A stretch of DNA of 64,000 nt from an uncultured Clostridia bacterium. GTDB lineage: Bacteria; Bacillota; Clostridia; Oscillospirales; Oscillospiraceae. The position numbers were made by a program, and so were the translations under genes. Every line of letters begins with the position of its first letter. The first letter of the stretch is position 1. The notes under the pieces are model-generated. The model saw nothing but the letters and a program-made list of their open reading frames with translations. It was not told where the DNA came from and did no database searches. The stretch covers positions 2,639-66,638 of the forward strand of contig CAMOXI010000004.1 of the NCBI GenBank assembly GCA_946628965.1. The letters are read 5' to 3'. Positions 53,331-61,291 of the stretch are shown piece after piece.

Positions 53331-54101
53331 ATGGAGATTTGTACTGTGGATAACAAACAGGGAATTCAGAACGAGATCATCGAGGGCCGCAACGCCGTGA
53401 TGGAGGCGCTCCGCGCCGGGCGGGCCATCGACAAGCTGTTTATCAATAAGGGCGACGTGGACAAGACACTGGGCCACATCGCCTCCACCGCCCGGGACAA
53501 GGGCATCGTCGTCGTCGAGTGCGATCGGCGCAAGCTGGACTTCATGAGCCAGACCCACGCCCATCAGGGTGTGATCGCGGTCTGCGCCGTGCGGGAATAC
53601 TGCAGCGTGGACGACATTTTCGCCATCGCCGAGGAGCGCGGCGAAACGCCCTTTATCATCGTCTGTGACGAGATCAGCGACGGGCACAACCTGGGCGCCA
53701 TCATCCGTACCGCCGAGTGCGCGGGCGCCCACGGCATCATCATCCCCAAGCGCCGCAGCGCGGGGCTGACCGCCATCGTGGACAAGGCCAGCGCCGGCGC
53801 CGCCGAACACATGGCCATCGCCCGCGTGCCGAATCTGCCCACCGTGATCCGGGAGCTGAAGGATCGCGGACTCTGGATCTACGGCACCGCCGCCGACGGG
53901 CAGAGCGACCTCTGGCACACCGATTTCAGCGGGCCGCTGGCCCTGGTCATCGGCTCCGAGGGGGACGGCATGGGCCGCCTGGTAGCGGAAAGCTGTGACT
54001 TTATCGTGAGTCTGCCGATGAAGGGGCAGGTCAGCTCCCTCAACGCCTCGGCCGCCGCCGCGATCACGATGTACGAAATTCTCAGGCAGAGAAGCAGATA
54101 A
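53331..54101 (+). CDS. rlmB: 23S rRNA 2'-O-methyltransferase RlmB (TrmH/SpoU family)
   Basis: Contains IEGRNAVMEALRAGRAIDKLFI and the SpoU motifs HNLGAIIRTAECAGAHG, LVIGSEGDGM, SLNASAAAAI. An alternative GTG start at 53346 has the better SD (GGAGA). Confidence 0.85.
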   Translation: MEICTVDNKQGIQNEIIEGRNAVMEALRAGRAIDKLFINKGDVDKTLGHIASTARDKGIVVVECDRRKLDFMSQTHAHQGVIAVCAVREYCSVDDIFAIAEERGETPFIIVCDEISDGHNLGAIIRTAECAGAHGIIIPKRRSAGLTAIVDKASAGAAEHMAIARVPNLPTVIRELKDRGLWIYGTAADGQSDLWHTDFSGPLALVIGSEGDGMGRLVAESCDFIVSLPMKGQVSSLNASAAAAITMYEILRQRSR

Positions 54102-54139
54102 ACTTCAGAGACAGAATCAGGTTCGAAGAAGGCAGGAGC

Positions 54140-57100
54140 ATGGATCAGGACTTTTTGAAGGATATAGAGCCCTCGTCTATGAGCGTGGACGATATTCTCC
54201 GGGAGTTTTACGAGCAGGAGCAGGCTGCTTCCCCGCAAAAGCCGCGGGAGAGCGCCCGGCCTGTGCAGCCGGCTCCCCGGGAAGCGACGCCGGTACGCCG
54301 GGAGCCGCCCGTCCGCCCCTCTGCTCCCGCGCGCCGCTTCCCCTGGCAGCGGTCCGAAGCACGTCCGGTCTGGCAGGAAGCGGCCGAAAAACCTGAACCA
54401 GCAATACACCGCGGGAAAAACGCGGAGACGGAGAACGCTATGGATAAGGATGCGGAAATGGAACAGCGCGGCCGGGAGGACAGCGGCCGGGATCAGCAGC
54501 TGCTGGGTCTTTTGGGAGATCTCTTTGCGCGGCCGGACAGCGGTGAAGCTGACGGCGCCCCCGCTGCTCAGAGCGCGGAGGAAGAACCCACTGCAAAATC
54601 CGCCCCGGCGGATACCGGTGCGGAAACTGTGGCTGAACCGGAAGACGGCTCCTTCTCCCTGGAGGACATCATGAGCGAGTACGGCAGGGTCTTTGCCGAA
54701 AAGCCCGTCGAAGCCCCGGAGGAGCCCGCTGGAGAGACAGAGTTCTTCACGCCGAAAAAGCCCGCTCCCCAGTCCGAAGAGCGCGCCAGTGCCGCAGACT
54801 ACGCGGCCTACGCCGCCGGGACCAGCGCCGTCGCCTCCTCCCGGGAAAAGATCAGCACCCTCTCCTCCATGGCGGAAGAGGCCATGCGCTATATGCGCGG
54901 CCTGACGGACGAAGATTTTGACCGCATGGCCGCCGATTCCTCCGCGCCCGCCCCCTCGAAGCGGGACGCCGGGGCCGAGCGCTTCAACCTGGAAGGGCAT
55001 GAGAGCAAGATGGTCTTCGGCGACAAGGAGCTGGATCTGAGCCCGGACGAGAACTACGTCCCCCCCGCCCAGACCAGCGAGCCCATCTATCACTGGACCG
55101 CCGGGGAAGAGGATCTGCCCGATGTGCCCGAGGAAAAGCCCGGCCTGCTGCAGCGCATCATGAACTTCAACGGCAGCCGCAGAAAGAGCGGCAAGCGCGC
55201 GCTGAACGACACGGCGCGCCGCAGCCGCCGTCCGCTCCCCGTCAGCCCGGCCGCCGAAGCGGAAACGCCGGAGGCCGAAGCGCCCGCCGTTTCCGGGCCT
55301 GTCAGCGAAGAGACCCAGATCTTTGAGACGCAGCCCGCAGCGGAGACGACGCCCGCGGAGAAGGAGGCGCCAGCCTCCACGCCCCTGGATTTTGATTTTC
55401 ACATCGACTTTGACGATACCGAAACCGAGCCCGCCGCTTACGCACCGGACAAGGACTACGCACCCGAGGAATACCCGGCGGAGGACGGCGGCGACACGCC
55501 GGAGCCGGAAGCTTCCCCTGCCTCCCCGGCGGAAGGCGAAGAACCTTCCCCCGCCGAAGACAGCGTCGCTGCGGAGGATGAAGAACCCGCGCCGGAGAAG
55601 AAGCTCCTCAAACGCAGGCGCCGCAAGAGCCGCGTGGAGCGAGTGGAGGAAGATATCCCCCTGGATGAAAACGGGGAGTTTCCCAGCTTCACGCAGTATG
55701 TCGCACACCTGATCACCGGGACGCTCTACCGTCTGCGCGGCACCGGCGCCGACCCCGGCTCCGTCACCATGGACACGGAAGGAGAAGAGCTCGGTGCGGA
55801 GCTTTCGCCCGCCGAGGCTTCCAAATACTACGGTTCCTTTGTCTCCTCCCTGCGGATGCGTTTCCGCATCGGTCTTGTGCTGCTGGTGGTGCTGGCCTGG
55901 ATCAGCCTGGGGCTGCCGGTCAGCGGCATGCTGCGCACCGTGCGCGTGGCCGCCGCGATGTGCCTTGGCATTCAGCTGGTCATCATGCTGCTGAATCTGG
56001 ACGTGATCACCAACGCCGCCGTCAACCTGGCCCGGCTCCACTTCGGGGCTGACTCGCTGGCCGTACTCGTCTGTGTGCTCACCAGCTTCGACGCGCTTGC
56101 CGTGGCGCTGGACGCCTTCGGCTCGCCGCATATGCCGCTCTGCCTGCTCTCAAGCCTGTCGCTGATGGGCGTGCTGTACTCCTCTTATCTCTCCGCACGC
56201 GGCCTGCGCAAGGCCCTGCGCGTCCCCTCCATCGCCAAATACTGCAGCGCCGTGACCGGGGAAACAAACATGAAGGGCAAGGGCATCACCCTTTTGAAGA
56301 CCAGCCGTCCGATCACAGGCTTTGTCCGCCGCACCGAAGAGGCCGCGCCGGACGAGACCGTTTTCCTGCGCGTCTCTCCCCTGCTGCTGATCCTCTGCCT
56401 GGTGCTGGCCGCTCTGGTCAGCGCAGCCCGCAAGGCCGGCGGGGACTTCCTGTACATCTTCACTGCGCTGCTGATCCCCGCGGTACCGATTTCTGCTCTT
56501 TTGTGCTTTGCCCTGCCCTACTTCATCGGCTCCAACCGCATCTTTTACAGCGGCGCGGCGGTGGCAGGCTGGTCCGGGCTGAGCGACGTGGGCCGCAGCC
56601 AGAACCTGATCATCACCGACCGCGACCTCTTCCCAGAGGGCAGCGTGGAGATCGATACCGTTCGCATCTTCGCCGACGCCGATCCTGAACGCATCCTCTC
56701 CTACGCCGGCACCATGATCCTAGCCTCCGGCGCAGGCATTTCCTCCTGCTTTGCCGAGCTCATGAACCGCAACGGCGGCACCATGCGCCAGGTGGATGAG
56801 TTTGAAATCCTCCCCGGCGGCGGCATGAAGGGTATCATTGACGGCAGCACGGTCCTCTGCGGCAGCACGGAGCTGATGCGGCTGATGAACGTGCGCATCC
56901 CCTACCGGCTGGTGGACAAGACCACCGTTCTGCTGGCGGTGGACGGCGTGCTCTACGGCATCTTCAACATGAAGTACAGCGAGCAGCCCCAGGTTCGCAA
57001 GGCGCTGGTAGGCCTGATCCGCTCCAGCCGCCATCCGGTCTTTGCCGTGCGCGACTTCAACGTCAATCCTGAGATGCTGCGGGAGATTTTCGACGTGGCC

Positions 57101-57418
57101 ACCGACGGCTACGACTTCCCGCCCTATCTGGAGCGCTTCAAGCTCTCCGAGGCGCCGGAAGGTTCCGAGGCGCCTGTAGCTGCCGTAGTCTGCCGGGAAG
57201 GACTCGGCACCATGTCCCAGATGGCGGACACCGGCCGCAGCATGTATCTCTGCACCCGCTTCAACCTGATCGTGACGCTGATCGCCGCGGTAGTGGGCGT
57301 CTTTGCCGTGTTTATCCGCTTCCTCAACGTGGGCAGCGTGGGTATCGGCTTCCTGCTGCTCTTCGCCGTTCTCTGGGCGCTGCCCGTCGCAGCCGCAAGC
57401 CTGTTTCTGAAATACTGA
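54140..57418 (+). CDS. Large membrane protein: acidic disordered N-terminal ~560 aa fused to a degenerate P1B-type ATPase-like core
   Basis: The C-terminal ~530 aa is collinear by eye with heavy-metal P-type ATPases: FGADSLAVLVCVLTSF; VTGETN; IPAVPISAL in place of CPC; IITDRDLF in place of DKTGT; EILPGGGMKGIIDGSTVLCG; LLAVDGVLYGIF; CREGLG in place of GDGxND. Confidence 0.7.
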   Translation: MDQDFLKDIEPSSMSVDDILREFYEQEQAASPQKPRESARPVQPAPREATPVRREPPVRPSAPARRFPWQRSEARPVWQEAAEKPEPAIHRGKNAETENAMDKDAEMEQRGREDSGRDQQLLGLLGDLFARPDSGEADGAPAAQSAEEEPTAKSAPADTGAETVAEPEDGSFSLEDIMSEYGRVFAEKPVEAPEEPAGETEFFTPKKPAPQSEERASAADYAAYAAGTSAVASSREKISTLSSMAEEAMRYMRGLTDEDFDRMAADSSAPAPSKRDAGAERFNLEGHESKMVFGDKELDLSPDENYVPPAQTSEPIYHWTAGEEDLPDVPEEKPGLLQRIMNFNGSRRKSGKRALNDTARRSRRPLPVSPAAEAETPEAEAPAVSGPVSEETQIFETQPAAETTPAEKEAPASTPLDFDFHIDFDDTETEPAAYAPDKDYAPEEYPAEDGGDTPEPEASPASPAEGEEPSPAEDSVAAEDEEPAPEKKLLKRRRRKSRVERVEEDIPLDENGEFPSFTQYVAHLITGTLYRLRGTGADPGSVTMDTEGEELGAELSPAEASKYYGSFVSSLRMRFRIGLVLLVVLAWISLGLPVSGMLRTVRVAAAMCLGIQLVIMLLNLDVITNAAVNLARLHFGADSLAVLVCVLTSFDALAVALDAFGSPHMPLCLLSSLSLMGVLYSSYLSARGLRKALRVPSIAKYCSAVTGETNMKGKGITLLKTSRPITGFVRRTEEAAPDETVFLRVSPLLLILCLVLAALVSAARKAGGDFLYIFTALLIPAVPISALLCFALPYFIGSNRIFYSGAAVAGWSGLSDVGRSQNLIITDRDLFPEGSVEIDTVRIFADADPERILSYAGTMILASGAGISSCFAELMNRNGGTMRQVDEFEILPGGGMKGIIDGSTVLCGSTELMRLMNVRIPYRLVDKTTVLLAVDGVLYGIFNMKYSEQPQVRKALVGLIRSSRHPVFAVRDFNVNPEMLREIFDVATDGYDFPPYLERFKLSEAPEGSEAPVAAVVCREGLGTMSQMADTGRSMYLCTRFNLIVTLIAAVVGVFAVFIRFLNVGSVGIGFLLLFAVLWALPVAAASLFLKY

Positions 57419-57430
57419 TCAATGACGCAG

Positions 57431-57458
57431 AAAACCTCCCCAAATGGGGAGGTTTTTT
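57431..57458. terminator. Bidirectional terminator
   Basis: AAAACCTCCCC-AAAT-GGGGAGGTTTTTT, between convergent genes. Confidence 0.85.
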
Positions 57459-57473
57459 GTTGTTTCGGGGTAT

Positions 57474-58436
57474 TTAAGCTGTATGCTCCGCCAGCTTCTC
57501 CGCTGCTTTCACCGTATTGACCAGGTAGCGGATCACTTCCACCGGGTACTCGCCCGCGGCGGTCTCACCGGTGACCATGACGGAGGCCGCCCCGTCAAAG
57601 ACGGCGTTTGCGATATCGCTGACCTCCGCGCGGGTGGGCACCGGGCTGTGCTCCATGGTGTAGAGCATCTGGGTCACCACCATGAAGGGGACGCCCCTGC
57701 AGCGGCAGCTTGCGCTGATGCGCTTCTGCAGCACCGGCAGTTCCCAGAGCGGTACGGCGTTGCCCAGATCGCCCCGGGCGATCACGATCTCATCGGCGGC
57801 GTCCAGCAGCTCGTCCAGCTTCTCGACGCCGTCCCGGTTCTCGATCTTGGCAAAGAGCCGCAGGCCGGCCGGCAGGGCGGCGCGCACCGCCTCCAGATCC
57901 TCCCGGCCGCGGACAAAGGGCTGCATCACGCCGCTCACGCCGTAGTCGGCGGCCACGGCCAGGTTGTCCCGGTCCTGCTGTGTCAGGGCGGGAAGCCGAA
58001 TGTTTTTTCCAGGCAGGGCGGCGCTTTTGCGGCTCAGAAGGGTTCCGCCGCGCAGTACGCGCGCCCGCTCGGCCGTCTCGCATTCCAGCAAAATGCGGCC
58101 GTCGTCCAGCAGGATCTGCTGGCCCGGCTCCAGTGCCTCTTCCACCGTAGGCGGCAGCTGCAGCTGCGAGAGCGCCAGCGTGTCGTGCTCGGAAAGCACA
58201 AGGGGCTCTTTCAGTTTGCCAATGCGCAGCTCCGGCCCCTGCATGTCGATGAGCAGCTTCGGGTCGGTGCCGGTATGCCGGGCGGCCGCGTGCAGCAGCT
58301 CCACCTGCGTCGCCGCCTCCGGCAGGCTCACATGGCTCAGATTCAGGCGCATGCCCGTCATGCCGAGGCGCAGCATTTCTTCCAGCGTCTCCTGCTTTGC
58401 GCAGGCCGGCCCAAGCGTTCCGTAAATCTCGATCAT
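57474..58436 (-). CDS. Pyruvate kinase-like protein lacking the C-terminal regulatory domain
   Basis: ATG 58436 (MIEIYGTLGP). Contains RLNLSH, MQGPELRIG, FAKIEN, IARGDLG, MLYTMEHSPVPTRAEVSDIANAV. The protein ends after the barrel domain at 320 aa and is followed by a terminator. Confidence 0.75.
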   Translation of the reverse strand: MIEIYGTLGPACAKQETLEEMLRLGMTGMRLNLSHVSLPEAATQVELLHAAARHTGTDPKLLIDMQGPELRIGKLKEPLVLSEHDTLALSQLQLPPTVEEALEPGQQILLDDGRILLECETAERARVLRGGTLLSRKSAALPGKNIRLPALTQQDRDNLAVAADYGVSGVMQPFVRGREDLEAVRAALPAGLRLFAKIENRDGVEKLDELLDAADEIVIARGDLGNAVPLWELPVLQKRISASCRCRGVPFMVVTQMLYTMEHSPVPTRAEVSDIANAVFDGAASVMVTGETAAGEYPVEVIRYLVNTVKAAEKLAEHTA

Positions 58437-58686
58437 ATGTTCTCCCACTTCTTTTTCTTCGGAAAAGGAGCCGGACGGATGCCGCCCGGCTCCTTATAGA
58501 ATAAGCCTCGCAGAGTTTTTCGCCCGCAGGCGAAAAATCGGTCAAATCCGTTTTTTCCGGGGACATGTGCCTCGGAAAAAACTCTTCTCAGCCTGCCAGT
58601 GTGCGAGCGTCTCACGCAAGCGAGTGCATGCAGCAGGCTGCATCCCCTCAACGGAAAGCCCAGCGAAGCGGGTTTCCGTTGAAGTG

Positions 58687-60114
58687 TCAATCGCCGATCA
58701 TGGCCAGGGCTGCCGCAAACCAGTACTTGCCGCGGCGCACGAACACCATCTGCTCCGCGTTCTGCTCCGAGGAGCTGACTTCCTCCACCCAGGTAGACGA
58801 GGTCTTGTCCAGCTCAAACTCCACCGTGCAGGTATAGCAGTCGGTGCCGATGCGGTGCAGATTATCGTAATGCAGCTCCTGTTTCTCCACAGTGCTGTTG
58901 GCGGCCCACTTCATCGCCGCATTGGACTGGGCGATATAGGCCTGCAGCTGTGAGCCGCTGAGCGTGGCGCTCAGAAGGCGATAATACAGGTTGCTGTCAA
59001 AGGGCCTGGTGGTGTATTTCACATAGTTGTCAAAATAGCTCTCCGCCAGATCCCACAGGTGGTCAAGCTCCTTCTGGTCCTCCTCGTCGGCGGCCGCATC
59101 GGAGGGATGGAAGAAGATATAGGCATTCTCCCCGGTCATGATGGGCCGCAGTTCGTTCCCATCGGCGTCGAAGGCCTTCACCTCGGGCACTGTGTAGAGA
59201 CCGGTGAAGCTGTAGGTATTGGTCAGGAAGGCGGCGTCGCCGGTGTAACGCTCCAGTCCCTCCAGCAGCGCGTAAGAGCTGTCACTCACATCCTTTTTCG
59301 TCAGCTCCGCCCCGCCGACCGTGACGCGGATATCCTCCGGCGCCCGGATTGTCAGGCTGCCGGTGCCGCCTGTGACCGCGCGGTAGCGCAGGGTCTTACC
59401 GCTCTTCTCGGCGGCCAGCTCCTGCCCGTCGGCGCTCACATGAATGTCGCCGTACAGGGGGCCGACTCGATAGCTCATGAGCATCGGGACTACATCCATG
59501 CGGGATTCAATATCGCTCAGATCCTCGATCTCCAGCGGTTTTCCGGTCAGGTACTCCTCATCCAGCGCTTTATCGTTGAGGCGGATCTCCTGCCCTTCCA
59601 TGGCGTTGACCTCCACCGTCACCGAACTGAGGCTTTTGGTGATGTCCCCGCTGCTTACGCGGCCAAGCTTCCAGTCGTGGCGGCCAAAGGGCAGGCGCTT
59701 GTCGCCGGCCTTCAGTTCCACCCGGCAGAGGTTGGACGGGCCGGAGCGCACCACGAACAACATGTGCTCACTGTCGCTTTCGCTCTTCTCGCTGCGGTAG
59801 CTCAGGGGCTGATCCGTAGTCAGGGACTGACGGTACTCGGCAAAAAGCAGGTCCGGGTCCTCAAACTCGCTGAGTTCAAAGTCCAGATTCTCCGCCGCCT
59901 TGTCCAGCCAGTCCTCCGCGGTCATGATCTCCATGAGTTCATCCATGCGCGTTTCCGCCCGGGTGACCTCATAGATGCCCAGATACTGATAAAAGACAAA
60001 GCAACCCACGAGGCCCACCAGCAGCAGCGCCGCCGCCCAGCAGACCAGAAACAAAGGCCAGATGCGCGCGTTCTTCTCCGGCGCGGCGGCCTTGACCGTG
60101 ATCTCTTCAGCCAT
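58687..60114 (-). CDS. Hypothetical membrane-anchored extracytoplasmic protein
   Basis: Start set at ATG 60114 (GAAGGTG SD, ATGGCTGA overlap with the upstream stop). One N-terminal TM (IWPLFLVCWAAALLLVGLVGCFVFY). No family recognised. Confidence 0.6.
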   Translation of the reverse strand: MAEEITVKAAAPEKNARIWPLFLVCWAAALLLVGLVGCFVFYQYLGIYEVTRAETRMDELMEIMTAEDWLDKAAENLDFELSEFEDPDLLFAEYRQSLTTDQPLSYRSEKSESDSEHMLFVVRSGPSNLCRVELKAGDKRLPFGRHDWKLGRVSSGDITKSLSSVTVEVNAMEGQEIRLNDKALDEEYLTGKPLEIEDLSDIESRMDVVPMLMSYRVGPLYGDIHVSADGQELAAEKSGKTLRYRAVTGGTGSLTIRAPEDIRVTVGGAELTKKDVSDSSYALLEGLERYTGDAAFLTNTYSFTGLYTVPEVKAFDADGNELRPIMTGENAYIFFHPSDAAADEEDQKELDHLWDLAESYFDNYVKYTTRPFDSNLYYRLLSATLSGSQLQAYIAQSNAAMKWAANSTVEKQELHYDNLHRIGTDCYTCTVEFELDKTSSTWVEEVSSSEQNAEQMVFVRRGKYWFAAALAMIGD

Positions 60115-61153
60115 CCACGTCACCTTCTTCCATCAGCAGAAACGCCGTGGGGACCCGGCGCGGCCCCACTACGGAGGCGCAGTTGTTGATGATTTCTCCC
60201 CCATAGACCATGACGCTGGAGGAGCCGCCGTCCAGGTTGCCGGCGTTCACCGCGCCGTATTCCAGCATGATGTCCGCCAGATCGCGCATGGTCGCGCCGA
60301 GAGTGCTGATGCTGCGCCCGTCCAGCACGAGCAGGAGAAGGGCCCCGTCCTCCCGCTGGCCGATGGCCGTGCGGGGATTGACGCCGCCGCCCAGATTATG
60401 CTTCTGCACCTCGCCGTTGATAATCAGGGCCGAGGCCAGCCCGTCATAGGTCTCAAAGCTGACGGCCCAGCGGATGCCCGCGTCCAGCGCCTGCTGCACG
60501 GTCATGAAGCCCACATGCAGGATGCCGTCGTAGTCAAGGCCCACCACGTGGAAGCCGCCGGTATGGTTGCCGCCCCAGGTCACTTCCCCGTTGTCGATCA
60601 CGAGGCCCTGCGGGGTGCTGCCGTTGCCGCGGCCGCCCTCATCGTTGAAGCCGCCGGCGTTGATGCCGGCGATGGCGCCGTACTTCTCCACCATGGCGGT
60701 CATCTGCAGCCCGGGTTCCCGGCCGAAATTGTCGGAGGTGCCCAGAATGACGCGCTTGGGATCTTTGACAATGAGAAGCTTCCCCTTGCAGGTGCCCTCG
60801 GAAATCTCCACAAGCTCATAGCCCGGATCATCCTCATCCACGGTCTCCACGGTCTCGGCCATGTGTATCAGAGAGGTATTCACCGTTTTAACCTCATCGG
60901 TGGGAGAGCTGACGGATTTGTAGGCTTCCAGTTCTTCCTCGCTCAGGAAGATCCGGGACACCCAGCGGATGGCGCTGGTCTCCCGCACTGAGCGTGTAAA
61001 GGTCTCGGTCACCGTGGGAGACGGGCCCTTTTCCAGCACCCAGATCACGCCCAGCAGTACCAGCAGAATGCAGCCCAGCGTCACACCCAGAAAGCTCAGC
61101 GCCCGGGCGAGCCACTTCGGCATGCTTTTTTTCTTGACAGTTTCTGTCTCCAT
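60107..61153 (-). CDS. Phosphodiester glycosidase family protein (DUF2233/NAGPA-like), membrane-anchored
   Basis: ATG 61153, 5 nt after GGAGA. N-terminal TM. Contains GINAGGFNDEGG, GLVIDNGEV, LLVLDGRS, AVNAGNLDGGSSS. Confidence 0.8.
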   Translation of the reverse strand: METETVKKKSMPKWLARALSFLGVTLGCILLVLLGVIWVLEKGPSPTVTETFTRSVRETSAIRWVSRIFLSEEELEAYKSVSSPTDEVKTVNTSLIHMAETVETVDEDDPGYELVEISEGTCKGKLLIVKDPKRVILGTSDNFGREPGLQMTAMVEKYGAIAGINAGGFNDEGGRGNGSTPQGLVIDNGEVTWGGNHTGGFHVVGLDYDGILHVGFMTVQQALDAGIRWAVSFETYDGLASALIINGEVQKHNLGGGVNPRTAIGQREDGALLLLVLDGRSISTLGATMRDLADIMLEYGAVNAGNLDGGSSSVMVYGGEIINNCASVVGPRRVPTAFLLMEEGDVDG

Positions 61154-61189
61154 ACAGGTCTCCTGTGATAAGCATTTCATAACTTAATA

Positions 61190-61218
61190 ATGTTACCATT
61201 CCCGCACCGGCTTGTCAA
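61190..61218 (-). promoter_or_regulatory. Candidate sigma-A promoter of the phosphodiester-glycosidase unit
   Basis: Minus strand: TTGACA, 17 nt, TAACAT. Confidence 0.4.
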
Positions 61219-61242
61219 GAATTGCGCACCGATTGAGCGGCA

Positions 61243-61282
61243 GCAGAAAGAAGGACCGGCACCGGCCGGTCCTTCTTTCTGC
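61243..61282 (-). terminator. Long stem-loop after the histidine-kinase gene
   Basis: 17-bp perfect stem GCAGAAAGAAGGACCGG / CCGGTCCTTCTTTCTGC with a 6-nt loop. Lies 10 nt after the stop at 61292. The U-tract on the minus strand is weak. Confidence 0.55.
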
Positions 61283-61291
61283 TATTCTTTT

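Noticed and set aside
53879-56131. 750-aa minus-strand ORF opposite rlmB and the large membrane-protein gene
   Set aside because: It overlaps the well-supported rlmB 3' end. Its composition is Arg/Gly/Ala-rich and repetitive. The plus-strand frame continues uninterrupted into the ATPase-like domain.
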